Source: an uncultured Actinomycetes bacterium (GTDB taxonomy: Bacteria; Actinomycetota; Thermoleophilia; Gaiellales; JAICJC01). From it: 64,000 nt of DNA. The notes under the pieces are model-generated. The model worked only from the letters and a program-made list of their open reading frames with translations, did no database searches and had not been told where the DNA came from. Every line of letters begins with the position of its first letter. Position 1 is the first letter of the stretch. Positions 26,051-34,537 of this stretch are shown here, piece by piece. The position numbers and the translations under genes are program-made. The DNA lies in the NCBI GenBank assembly GCA_963825325.1, contig CAWGSU010000006.1, forward strand, positions 66,155 through 130,154. Reading direction: 5' to 3'.

Positions 26051-27107
26051 TCAGGGCTCCCGAAGCTCGCTCACGCTCAGGATATCCGGCCCCGATGAGG
26101 CAACGCTCACCGGCGCGGGCAGCTCCACCGGCCGGGTGAAGAGCGCGGGGCCCCGGCCGAGCTCGATCGGCGCCGTGAAGAGCATCACCCGGTCGATCAG
26201 CCCGGCGTCGAGAAAGGCCGTCGCGAGCGTCGCTCCGCCCTCGAGCAGCAGCGCCGAGATGCGGCGGCGGCCGAGCTCGGCGAGCGCCTCGGCGATGCCG
26301 GCGACCGGCAGCATCTGCACCCCGGCGGCCGTGATCGCCGCCGCCCCAGGCGCGCACACGACGAGCACCGGCGCGTCCTGCGCGGCACTGCGGACGAGCT
26401 GCGATCCGTGGGGCAGCCGGGCCGCCCGGTCGAAGACCACCCGCAGCGGCTGGCGCTCGGCGGGCGGGTCGACGTCGCGCGCGGTCAGCAGCGGATCGTC
26501 GGCGAGCGCGGTGCCGATGCCGACGGCCACGGCGCCCATCTGCGCGCGCAGCTCGTGGACGCGCGCCCGGCTCTCGGTCGACGAGATCCAGCGCGGGCCG
26601 GCCGGCGACGCCGTACGGCCGTCGGCACTCACCGCGGCCTTGTAGGTCACGTGCGGACGGCTGTGCAGCGCGAGCGAGAGCCACCACGCGTTCTGGCGGC
26701 GGGCGCGCCACCTCGACGTCGCCGCCCGCGACATCGACCGCGAGCCCGGCCGCGCGCAGCCGCGCGACGCCGCTGCCGTTAACCTTGTCGGTGGGGTCGA
26801 TCATCGCGGTCACGACCCGGCCCACGCCGGCCGCGATGAGCGCGTCCGCGCACGGCGGCGTGCGGCCGTGGTGGCTGCACGGCTCCAGGTTCACGTAGAC
26901 GGTCGCGCCGCGGGCATCCCCTGCCGCGCGCAGCGCCGCCACCTCGGCGTGGTCGCCGCCGGGGCGCTCGTGCCAGCCCTCGCCGAGGGTGACGCCGTCG
27001 CGCACCACCACGGCGCCGACCACCGGGTTGGGCGCCGCCGTGCGCCGGCCGCGCTCGGCGAGCTCCGCGCACCGATCCAGGTGAGCGCGGTCCGCAGCGT
27101 CGATCAC
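26051..27107 (-). CDS. ribD: Bifunctional riboflavin biosynthesis protein RibD (deaminase/reductase), interrupted by a frameshift near 26700..26710
   Basis: The deaminase domain (PNPVVGAVVV...HAEVAAL...LEPCSHHGRTPPC) is in the frame of ORF 25872..27377, starting at GTG 27107. The reductase domain (RPHVTYKAAVSADGR...LLLEGGATL) is in the frame of ORF 26051..26734. The span is 1057 nt, which is 3n+1. Confidence 0.85.
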
Positions 27108-27805
27108 GAGGACGTGCGCGCGCCGGAGACCGCGACGCGGTCGACCAGGCCGCGATAGGCGTCCGCGGGGCTCGCCGCCCCGAAGATCGCCGACCCGGCG
27201 ACGAGGATGTTCGCGCCGGCCTCGCGGGCAGCGGCGATCGTGGCCTCGTGGATGCCGCCGTCGACCTCGACGGCGACGCCGTCGCGCGCGCCGGCCAGGG
27301 CGCGCATCCGCGGCAGGCGGTCGAGCGTCGCCGGGATGAACTTCTGGCCGCCCCAGCCCGGGTTCACGCTCATGCACAGCAGCACGTCGGCGTAGCGCGC
27401 CGCCTCGGCGATCGCCTCGACCGGCGTGCCCGGGTTCAGGGTGACGCCGGCCCGGCAGCCGAGGTCGTGGATCATCTGCAGCGTGTAGTGCAGGTGCGGG
27501 CAGGTCTCGACGTGCACCGTGATGCTGTCGGCGCCCGCCTCGGCGAACTGGGCCAGGTGGCGCTCGGGCTGCTCGATCATCAGGTGCACGTCGGCGAAGC
27601 CGTCGTGGTCGTGGATCACGCCGGCCACGTCGGCGAGCATCTTCGGCCCGAACGTGATCACCGGGACGAAGTGCCCGTCCATCACGTCGACGTGGATCAC
27701 CCGGGCGCCCGCCTCCATCACCTCGCTCACCTGCTCGCGGACACGGCCGAAATCGGAAGAGAGGATCGAGGGCGCGACCCGTACGTCTCGAGGCCAGGAG
27801 CGCAT
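27104..27805 (-). CDS. rpe: Ribulose-phosphate 3-epimerase
   Basis: The 233-aa product starts at ATG 27805 (VAPSILSSDFG...HVDVMDGHFVP...MSVNPGWGGQKF...VDGG). Confidence 0.95.
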   Translation of the reverse strand: MRSWPRDVRVAPSILSSDFGRVREQVSEVMEAGARVIHVDVMDGHFVPVITFGPKMLADVAGVIHDHDGFADVHLMIEQPERHLAQFAEAGADSITVHVETCPHLHYTLQMIHDLGCRAGVTLNPGTPVEAIAEAARYADVLLCMSVNPGWGGQKFIPATLDRLPRMRALAGARDGVAVEVDGGIHEATIAAAREAGANILVAGSAIFGAASPADAYRGLVDRVAVSGARTSS

Positions 27806-27815
27806 CGGCGCGACT

Positions 27816-29009
27816 CTAGACGATGGCAACGTAGAAGCCGTCGGTGCCGTCCCGGTGCGGCAGGGTCTGGCGGCCGCCGGCGACGACGCCCGCGCACTCG
27901 GCCCGCCGGATCGTGCACACCGAGTAGACGAGGCGGCCGCCGGGGGCGAGCAGGCCGCGGGCGTGGGCGAGCATGCGCCCCTGCAGGTCGGCCACGTCCT
28001 CGGCATCGGCGAGCGAGCGCCGCCAGCGGGCGTCGGGCCTCCCGGCGAGCACGCCGAGGCCTGAGCAGGGCGGGTCGAGCAGGATGCGGTCAAAGCCGTC
28101 CTGCGCGAACTCGAGCGCGTCGGCGACCACCACCTCGGCGCAGGTGGCCCCCTGGGCCGCGAGCGTCTGCCCGAGCGCCTCGGCCCGGCCGGGATGGCGC
28201 TCGACGCACACCAGGCGGCCGCGGTCGGCCATCATCGCCGCGAGCTGCCCGGCCTTGCCGCCGGGGGCCGAGCAGAGGTCGAGCACGCGCATGCCCGGCT
28301 CGGGGGCGAGCGCCCGCGCAGCGAGCATCGAGCCGCGCGACTGCGGCCAGATCAGGCCCTCGCGCAGCTCGCGGCTTGCTGCCACATCGAAGGACGCGTC
28401 GAGCACGAGCGCCTCCGGGATCTCCGGATCGCCGTGGGCCGGGACACCGAGGTGCAGCGCCTCGGCCCGGAGCGTGTTGACGCGCACGCACAGCTCGGGT
28501 GGCTCGTTCTGGGCGGCCATGAGCGCCTCGGCCTCGGCGAGGCCGAGCATCTCCGTCCACTCCGCCGCGATCCAGTCGGGATAGGAATGGCGCAGCGGCG
28601 GCGGCAGCGTCCCCACCCACTCCGGCCCCGCCTCGGCCACCCGCCGCATGACCGCGTTCGCAAGGCCGGCCGTGTGGCGGCCGGCGACGGCCTTGGCCAG
28701 CTCGACCGTCTCGTTCACCGCCGCCCGGGCGGGAATGCCCGCGGCGAAGAGCAGCTGGTACGCGCCCAGTCGCAGGGCCGCGCGCAGCGTCGGCTGCAGA
28801 TCGTCGGGCGGGCGCGACGCGAGCGTCTCCATCGCGTGGTCGAGCGTGCGCACACGCTGCACGGTGCCGTAGGCCAGGCGCATCGCCAGGCGGCGGTCAC
28901 GCTCGTCCAGGTGGGCCCGATCGGCCTCGGGCGGGAAGGCGCGATCGGCGTAGGCGCCCTCCTCGAACGTCCGCCGCACGACCTCGTACGCGACCCGGCG
29001 CGCGCTCAC
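27816..29009 (-). CDS. rsmB: 16S rRNA (cytosine967-C5)-methyltransferase RsmB/Sun
   Basis: It has a NusB-like N-terminus and a methyltransferase core (VLDLCSAPGGKAGQLA, DRILLDPPCSGLGV, YSVCT). The GTG 29009 start overlaps the fmt stop. Confidence 0.9.
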   Translation of the reverse strand: MSARRVAYEVVRRTFEEGAYADRAFPPEADRAHLDERDRRLAMRLAYGTVQRVRTLDHAMETLASRPPDDLQPTLRAALRLGAYQLLFAAGIPARAAVNETVELAKAVAGRHTAGLANAVMRRVAEAGPEWVGTLPPPLRHSYPDWIAAEWTEMLGLAEAEALMAAQNEPPELCVRVNTLRAEALHLGVPAHGDPEIPEALVLDASFDVAASRELREGLIWPQSRGSMLAARALAPEPGMRVLDLCSAPGGKAGQLAAMMADRGRLVCVERHPGRAEALGQTLAAQGATCAEVVVADALEFAQDGFDRILLDPPCSGLGVLAGRPDARWRRSLADAEDVADLQGRMLAHARGLLAPGGRLVYSVCTIRRAECAGVVAGGRQTLPHRDGTDGFYVAIV

Positions 29010-29887
29010 GACGCCCGCGCCGGCGGCGCCCGCAGGCCGCGCAGGTACTCGCCCGCTGCCATCCGCCGCTTGCCGGCCGGCTGCAGGTCGAGCACCTCGA
29101 CCGCTCCCTCGCCGCAGGCGATGCGAAGCGCTGGGCCGGTGACGGCGGCTGTGCCGGGCACCGAGCCGGCGGCGGGCACGGCCCGCGCCCGCCACACCGT
29201 GAGCGTCACGCCGTCGAGTTCGGTGCGGGCGCCGATGTGCGGCGCAAGGCCGCGCACCTGGTCGGCGATGCGGCCGGCGGGCTGGGCCCAGTCGATGCGG
29301 CGGTCGTCCGGGCCGATCCGGGCCGCGTACGTCGTCTCGCCGACCTGCTCGCGGCCGGTGGTGTGGCCGCGCAGCGCCTCTGCGAGCAGGGGCACGCCCA
29401 GCGCGAGCGCGCGCTCGGCGACCGCGCCGGCGTCGTCCTCCGGGCCGATCGGGAACCGCTCGAGGCCGTGGACCGGCCCGGCGTCGAGCGCGGCGACGAG
29501 TTCGATCACGGCGGCGGCCGTCTCGGTGTCGCCCGCCATCACCGCCCGCTCGATCGGCGCGGCGCCGCGCCAGCGCGGCAGGAGCGACGGGTGCAGGTTG
29601 AAGAGCGAGTAGCCGCCCAGCAGCGGTGGGCGCAGCATCTGGCCAAATGCCACGACGGCGCCGACGTCGGCGTCGGGCGGATCGGCGCTCGCCCGCTCGG
29701 TCTGGGTCAGCGGCAGGCCGAGCGCGGTCGCCGTCACGGCGACGGGCGGGGACGCGCTGCGGCGTCCGCGGCCGGCGGGCCGGTCGGGCTGCGTGACGAC
29801 CCGGACGATCTCGATGCCGTCCTCGCGGACGAGCCGCTCGAGCGCGCCGGCGCCGAACGCCGACGTGCCGAAGAACGCAACCCTCAC
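29006..29887 (-). CDS. fmt: Methionyl-tRNA formyltransferase
   Basis: The 293-aa product has MRVAFFGTSAFG, QPDRPAGRGR and NLHPSLLPRWRGAAPI. Confidence 0.95.
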   Translation of the reverse strand: MRVAFFGTSAFGAGALERLVREDGIEIVRVVTQPDRPAGRGRRSASPPVAVTATALGLPLTQTERASADPPDADVGAVVAFGQMLRPPLLGGYSLFNLHPSLLPRWRGAAPIERAVMAGDTETAAAVIELVAALDAGPVHGLERFPIGPEDDAGAVAERALALGVPLLAEALRGHTTGREQVGETTYAARIGPDDRRIDWAQPAGRIADQVRGLAPHIGARTELDGVTLTVWRARAVPAAGSVPGTAAVTGPALRIACGEGAVEVLDLQPAGKRRMAAGEYLRGLRAPPARAS

Positions 29888-30501
29888 GCCTTCAGGCGCA
29901 GCTCCTTGAGCGCCGCGCGGCGATCGTCCTTCGGCGCCCGGTCGATGATGAGGATGCCGTCGAGGTGGTCGAGCTCGTGCTGGATCACGCGCGCCTCCAG
30001 GCCCTCCGCCTCGACCTCGATCGGCGCGCCGGCCTCGTCGAGGCCGCGGGCGACGACGCGGATGTGGCGATCGACCGAGACGGTCACCTCGCCGCCGAGC
30101 AGCGAGAGACAGCCCTCGGTGTCGGCCTCCATCTCGTCGGAGGTCTCGCTCAGCTCCGGGTTGATCAGGACATGGACCGGCTCGTCGGCACCCGACCGGT
30201 ACACGAACACGCGCTGCAGCACGCCGATCTGAGGGGCGGCGAGGCCGACGCCGTGCGAGCGGCGCATGATGTCGGCCATCCGCTCGACCAGGCTGCGCAC
30301 GTCGTCGTCGACGTCCGCGATCACGGTCGCCGGCACCCGCAGCGCCGGGTCGGGGTACTGGCGCACGAGCCGCATCGCCATCGCGTGGTGCTCGCGGCGC
30401 TCGCGCTCCCGGCGCCGCTCTCGCTCGGCCTCCACCGCGGGGTCGGGCTCGGCATCGAGCTCCGTCTCCTCGATGACCGCTTCTGCTTCGACGTCGTCCA
30501 T
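29884..30501 (-). CDS. def: Peptide deformylase with an about 40-aa acidic/Arg-rich N-terminal extension
   Basis: The core motifs are present (GVGLAAPQIG, EGCLS, QHELDHL). ATG 30501 is the first start after the upstream stop, and the extension has high GC3. An alternative start is ATG 30381 (MAMRLVRQYPDP). Confidence 0.88.
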   Translation of the reverse strand: MDDVEAEAVIEETELDAEPDPAVEAERERRRERERREHHAMAMRLVRQYPDPALRVPATVIADVDDDVRSLVERMADIMRRSHGVGLAAPQIGVLQRVFVYRSGADEPVHVLINPELSETSDEMEADTEGCLSLLGGEVTVSVDRHIRVVARGLDEAGAPIEVEAEGLEARVIQHELDHLDGILIIDRAPKDDRRAALKELRLKA

Positions 30502-30511
30502 GTCGGCCGGA

Positions 30512-30517
30512 ATGCTA
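30512..30517 (-). promoter_or_regulatory. Putative -10 (TAGCAT) 10 nt upstream of the def ATG 30501
   Basis: The minus-sense sequence is TAGCAT-TCCGGCCGAC-ATG. The TAG is the stop of the upstream gene. Confidence 0.25.
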
Positions 30518-31072
30518 CCGATGCGTCTGCGCGGCGGCGATCTCGGCCGTCGGCAGCACGACGGCATAGCCGTCTGCGATCGCCGCCACGAACGCCGTGT
30601 GGACGTCGGCGGCGGGAATCGAGCGGCCGCCGAACTCGAGCGGCATCGTCGCGCACGCGTCGTGCACCAGGGTCGTCTCGAACCCCAGGTCGACCGCCGC
30701 GCGCACCGTCGCGTCGACGCACATCGAGGTCATCATGCCGCAGACGACGAGGCTCTCCACGCCCGCGTCGCGGAGATGGCCTTCGAGCGGTGTTTCGAGG
30801 AAGCTGTTCGGGTTGGCCTTCTGGAACACCGTCTCGCCGGCGGCGGGCCGCACCGACTCGTGGATCTCGAAGCCAGGGGTGCCGGGGGCGAGATAGGCGG
30901 CGTCGGGGGCGTCCCACACGTGCTGGATATGAACGATGTGCTCGCCGGAGGCGCGGAAGGAGTCGAGCAGCTCGCGCGCATGGCCGGCGGCCTGCTCGGG
31001 GCCTTCGAGCGGGTTACGGCCGCCGGGGAAGTAGTCGTTCTGGATGTCGACGATCACGAGGGCTCTGGTCAT
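30515..31072 (-). CDS. Isochorismatase-family cysteine hydrolase
   Basis: The 185-aa product has ALVIVDIQNDYF...K...SLVVCGMMTSMCVDATVRAA (D-K-C triad context). Confidence 0.85.
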   Translation of the reverse strand: MTRALVIVDIQNDYFPGGRNPLEGPEQAAGHARELLDSFRASGEHIVHIQHVWDAPDAAYLAPGTPGFEIHESVRPAAGETVFQKANPNSFLETPLEGHLRDAGVESLVVCGMMTSMCVDATVRAAVDLGFETTLVHDACATMPLEFGGRSIPAADVHTAFVAAIADGYAVVLPTAEIAAAQTHR

Positions 31073-31078
31073 GCGGCA

Positions 31079-31084
31079 ACCCTA
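31079..31084 (-). promoter_or_regulatory. Putative -10 (TAGGGT) 6 nt upstream of the isochorismatase-family ATG
   Basis: The minus-sense sequence is ATTCAC-GG-TAGGGT-TGCCGC-ATG, directly after the hairpin at 31087..31119. Confidence 0.4.
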
Positions 31085-31086
31085 CC

Positions 31087-31119
31087 GTGAATACCACGGG
31101 CCTGGCCCGTTCTATTCAC
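31087..31119 (-). repeat. 33-nt palindromic hairpin element (copy B) whose arm contains the priA stop codon
   Basis: The sequence is GTGAATACCACGGGCCTGGCCCGTTCTATTCAC. The TCA at 31116..31118 is the priA TGA. Length, outer arms and downstream 14-nt spacer match copy A. Confidence 0.65.
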
Positions 31120-33215
31120 CCGAACGACTGGGGGTCGACGTCGACCACGGCCGTCGCGCCCGCCTTGCGCAGGTCGGGGGCGAGATCGCGCAGGAGACCG
31201 CGCAGCACGGCGGCCGCGCGGGCCGCCTGGGCGGTCTTGATGAGCACGTGGCTGCGGCTGCGATCGCGCAGGCGCTGGAGCGGGGCCGGGCCGAGCAGGA
31301 TGTCGCCCGGAAGCGCCGGTGCGGCCGCCGCGGCGATCGTCCCGGCGACGTCGCTTGCAAGCGCCGCCGACTCGCCTGCCGCCAGCACCCGCACCAGCCG
31401 CCGAAACGGCGGGTAGGCCAGGTCGCGGCGGCGGTCGAGCTCACCCTCGACGAACTCCGCCACGGCGTGCCTGGCCGCGAGCACGACCGGCCGCAGCTCG
31501 GGGCTCCACGTCTGGATGAGGACGCGGCCGCGGGGATCGCCGGGCCGGCCGGGCCGGCCTGCCAGCTGGGTCAGCAGGCCGAACGTCCGCTCCTCGGCGC
31601 GGAAGTCCGGGATCGCGAGCGCAAGATCGGCGTCGAGCACCGCCGCCAGCGAGACGCCCGGCATGTCATGCCCCTTGGCCACGAGCTGCGTGCCGACAAG
31701 GACGGCGGCGGTGGCCCTCCGGAACGCGCGCAGCGTCGCCTCCGGCTCGCCCGTGTGCGCGGCGACGTCGGCATCCAGGCGCATGACCTCGACGCGCGGG
31801 AAGCGCGTCCGCAGCTCGTCCTCGACCCGCGTCGTGCCGGCGCCCAGGTGGGCCAGGTCGACCGAGCCGCACGTCGAGCACGCCCGCGGCAGCGGCTCGG
31901 CGGCACCGCAGTGGTGGCAGACGAGCCGGCGGCCGTGCAGCACGAGCGAGACGTCGCAGCGGGCGCAGCGCCAGGTGCGGCCGCACGTGCGGCAGTGGAT
32001 CGCCGAGGCCGCGCCGCGGCGGTTCTGGAGCAGGATCGCGCGTCCGCCGCGGTCGTCGATGGCCGCGAGCGCGTCGATCAGCGGCCGCGTCAGCGGATAG
32101 CCGCCGTCGGCGCGCAGGTCGACGATGTCGACCGCGGGCAGCGGGCCGCCGACGCGAGTCGAGAGCGTCACTCGCCGCGAGATGCCGTGCCACGACTCCG
32201 GCCGCGGCGTGGCGCTGCCGTAGACGACGACGGCCGCCTGCAGCCGCCCGCGCTTGGCCGCCACCCGGCGGGCGTCGTAGCGGGGATCGGCCTCGTGCTT
32301 GTACGAGGCGTCGTGCTCCTCGTCGACGACGATCACGCCCAGGTCGGGCACGGCCGCAAAGATGGCCGACCGCGCGCCGACGACGACCCGCGCCTCGCCG
32401 GCGGCGATGCGGGCGTGTTCGGCGCCGCGGCGGGTCGGCGAGATGCCGCTGTGAAGGACGGCGACCGTGTGCCCGAAGCGGGCCGTGAAGCGCGCGGCGG
32501 TCTGCGGCGTGAGCGCGATCTCCGGCACGAGCACGATGGCGCCGCGCCCCTGCTCGAGCGCGGCGTCGATCGCGCGCAGGTAGACCTCGGTCTTGCCCGA
32601 GCCGGTGACTCCGTGCACAAGCACGTCGCCGCCCCCCGCCGCCAGCGCATCGGCGCAGGCGGCGACAGCCGTCTCCTGATCGGGCGTGAGCGTCACCCGC
32701 ACGTCGTCGGCGAACGCCCGCGGCGCCGGGTCGAGGGCGACCAGGCCGCGCTGCGCCATCCGCCGCACCGTCTCGCGCGTCGTGCCGGCCGCCGCCACGA
32801 GGTCGGAGAGCGGCAGCGGCGCGAGGCCGATCTGGGCGAGCACCTCGGCCTGACGCGCGGTCGCGCCCTCCATGCTCACGAGCCGCACCCACGGGTCGGG
32901 CGCCCGCACCCCGGCGGGCGGGGGGATCACCAGCGCGACCGCCCGCGGCAGCGTCGAGGCGTAGGTGGCGGCGATCCACTCTGCCAGGGCGAGCAGCGGC
33001 TCGGAGACGGTGCCGTCGATGCGCACCACCTGCTTCAGGCCCTCGTCGTCCCCCGCCCGTACCTCGGTCACGATCCCACGCACCGTCCGCGGCCCCAGCT
33101 CGACCTCCACCAGCGCTCCGCGTGCGATCGCGCCCGCCATGTCGGCGGGCACGGCGTAGTCGAACGCGTGGTCGACCGCCCGGGCGGTGACCAGCGGGTG
33201 CACCCGCGCGATCAC
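31116..33215 (-). CDS. priA: Primosomal protein N' (replication restart helicase PriA)
   Basis: It has HGVTGSGKTEVYL, DEEHD and a Cys-rich zinc region (CRTCGRTWRCARCDVSLVLH...CHHCG...CSTCGS). The GTG 33215 start overlaps the der stop (GTGA). Confidence 0.92.
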   Translation of the reverse strand: MIARVHPLVTARAVDHAFDYAVPADMAGAIARGALVEVELGPRTVRGIVTEVRAGDDEGLKQVVRIDGTVSEPLLALAEWIAATYASTLPRAVALVIPPPAGVRAPDPWVRLVSMEGATARQAEVLAQIGLAPLPLSDLVAAAGTTRETVRRMAQRGLVALDPAPRAFADDVRVTLTPDQETAVAACADALAAGGGDVLVHGVTGSGKTEVYLRAIDAALEQGRGAIVLVPEIALTPQTAARFTARFGHTVAVLHSGISPTRRGAEHARIAAGEARVVVGARSAIFAAVPDLGVIVVDEEHDASYKHEADPRYDARRVAAKRGRLQAAVVVYGSATPRPESWHGISRRVTLSTRVGGPLPAVDIVDLRADGGYPLTRPLIDALAAIDDRGGRAILLQNRRGAASAIHCRTCGRTWRCARCDVSLVLHGRRLVCHHCGAAEPLPRACSTCGSVDLAHLGAGTTRVEDELRTRFPRVEVMRLDADVAAHTGEPEATLRAFRRATAAVLVGTQLVAKGHDMPGVSLAAVLDADLALAIPDFRAEERTFGLLTQLAGRPGRPGDPRGRVLIQTWSPELRPVVLAARHAVAEFVEGELDRRRDLAYPPFRRLVRVLAAGESAALASDVAGTIAAAAAPALPGDILLGPAPLQRLRDRSRSHVLIKTAQAARAAAVLRGLLRDLAPDLRKAGATAVVDVDPQSFG

Positions 33216-34537
33216 GACCTGGTCGTGAAGTCGACCACGACGGGGACGCCCTCGAGGCCAAGCCGGCGGCGCAGCTGGTTCTCGACGAAGTAGCCGTAGT
33301 CGCGGGTGACGAGGCCGCGGTCGTTCGTGACGATGCGGAAGCGCGGCGGGCGCGTCCGGTACTGGGTCGCGTAGAGCATGTTCAGGCGCCGCCGGCCCTG
33401 GCGGGGCGGCTCGCGCATCGCCGTGATCTCGGCCATGGCCCGGTTCAGCTGCCCGGTCGGCACCCGCGAGATGTAGCGCTCGAAGAGCTCCTCGATCGCG
33501 TCGAGCAGCTTCTCGACATTGCGGCCCGTGAGCGCGGAAGAGGTGATGATCGCCGGCCGCTGGCGCAGCTTGCCGCCCAGGCGCTCGGCCACGTCCTCGA
33601 CGGTCGTCTCGGCGATATCCCACTTCGAGAGCACGACGAGCGTTGCGCACCCCGCCTTGCGGGCCACGTCGGCCACCGCCAGATCGCCCTCCACGAGACC
33701 CTGCGACGAGTCGATCAGAACGAGCGCCACGTCGGCGCGCTCGGCGGCGGCCAGAGCGCGCACCTCGCTGTAGTACTCCACGCCCTGGCGGTGCTTGCGC
33801 TTGCGTCTCAGGCCGGCCGTGTCGATCAGGCGGAAGCGGCGCTCGCCGCGCTGAAACGGCGTGTCGATGGCGTCGCGGGTCGTCCCCGGCTGCTCCGAGA
33901 CGATCACGCGCGGCCGGCCGAGGATCGCGTTCAGGAGCGACGACTTGCCGACGTTCGGGCGGCCGAGGATCGCGACGGCGATCTCGTCGGCGCCGTCGTC
34001 GACCGGGCGGCCGCCGCCCTCGACCGCGTCCAGCCGCTCGACGAGCGCGTCGAGCAGCTCGCCGGCGCCGCGGCCGTGCAGCGCCGAGACGGGGATCGGC
34101 TCGCCCAGGCCGAGCCGGTGCAGGTCGAGCGCGGCCGCCTCGTGGGCGGCGTCGTCCACTTTGTTCGCGGCGACGATCACCGGCCGGTGCGAGCGGCGCA
34201 GGATCTGGGCGATCTCCTCGTCGCCCGCCGCGAGGCCGGCGCGGGCGTCGATCACGACCACGACGACGTCCGCCTCCTCGACGGCCCGGCGCGCCTGCGC
34301 GGCGACCTGCGCCTGCATGGGCGAGTCGTCGCCGCCGTCGACACCGCCGGTGTCGATCAGGACGAACGAGCGGCCGCGCCAGTCACAGGCCATCTCGTTG
34401 CGGTCGCGCGTCACGCCCGGCCGCTCGTCGACGACGGCGTGCCGCGACGACGTGAGCCGGTTCACGAGCGTCGACTTGCCGGCGTTGGGGAAGCCGACCA
34501 CGGCGACGACACCCACCCGCTCCGCGTTCGCGCTCAT
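33212..34537 (-). CDS. der: Ribosome-associated GTPase Der/EngA
   Basis: It has two GTPase domains (GFPNAGKSTLVNRL; GRPNVGKSSLLNAI) and a KH-like C-terminus. ATG 34537 overlaps the plsC stop (ATGA). Confidence 0.95.
   Translation of the reverse strand: MSANAERVGVVAVVGFPNAGKSTLVNRLTSSRHAVVDERPGVTRDRNEMACDWRGRSFVLIDTGGVDGGDDSPMQAQVAAQARRAVEEADVVVVVIDARAGLAAGDEEIAQILRRSHRPVIVAANKVDDAAHEAAALDLHRLGLGEPIPVSALHGRGAGELLDALVERLDAVEGGGRPVDDGADEIAVAILGRPNVGKSSLLNAILGRPRVIVSEQPGTTRDAIDTPFQRGERRFRLIDTAGLRRKRKHRQGVEYYSEVRALAAAERADVALVLIDSSQGLVEGDLAVADVARKAGCATLVVLSKWDIAETTVEDVAERLGGKLRQRPAIITSSALTGRNVEKLLDAIEELFERYISRVPTGQLNRAMAEITAMREPPRQGRRRLNMLYATQYRTRPPRFRIVTNDRGLVTRDYGYFVENQLRRRLGLEGVPVVVDFTTRS

Noticed and set aside
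27100-27120. Looked for an FMN riboswitch upstream of ribD.
   Set aside because: The ribD GTG overlaps the rpe stop (GTGA), so no non-coding leader exists here. I did not recognise the conserved FMN element core anywhere in the window, although only a covariance-model scan would be definitive.
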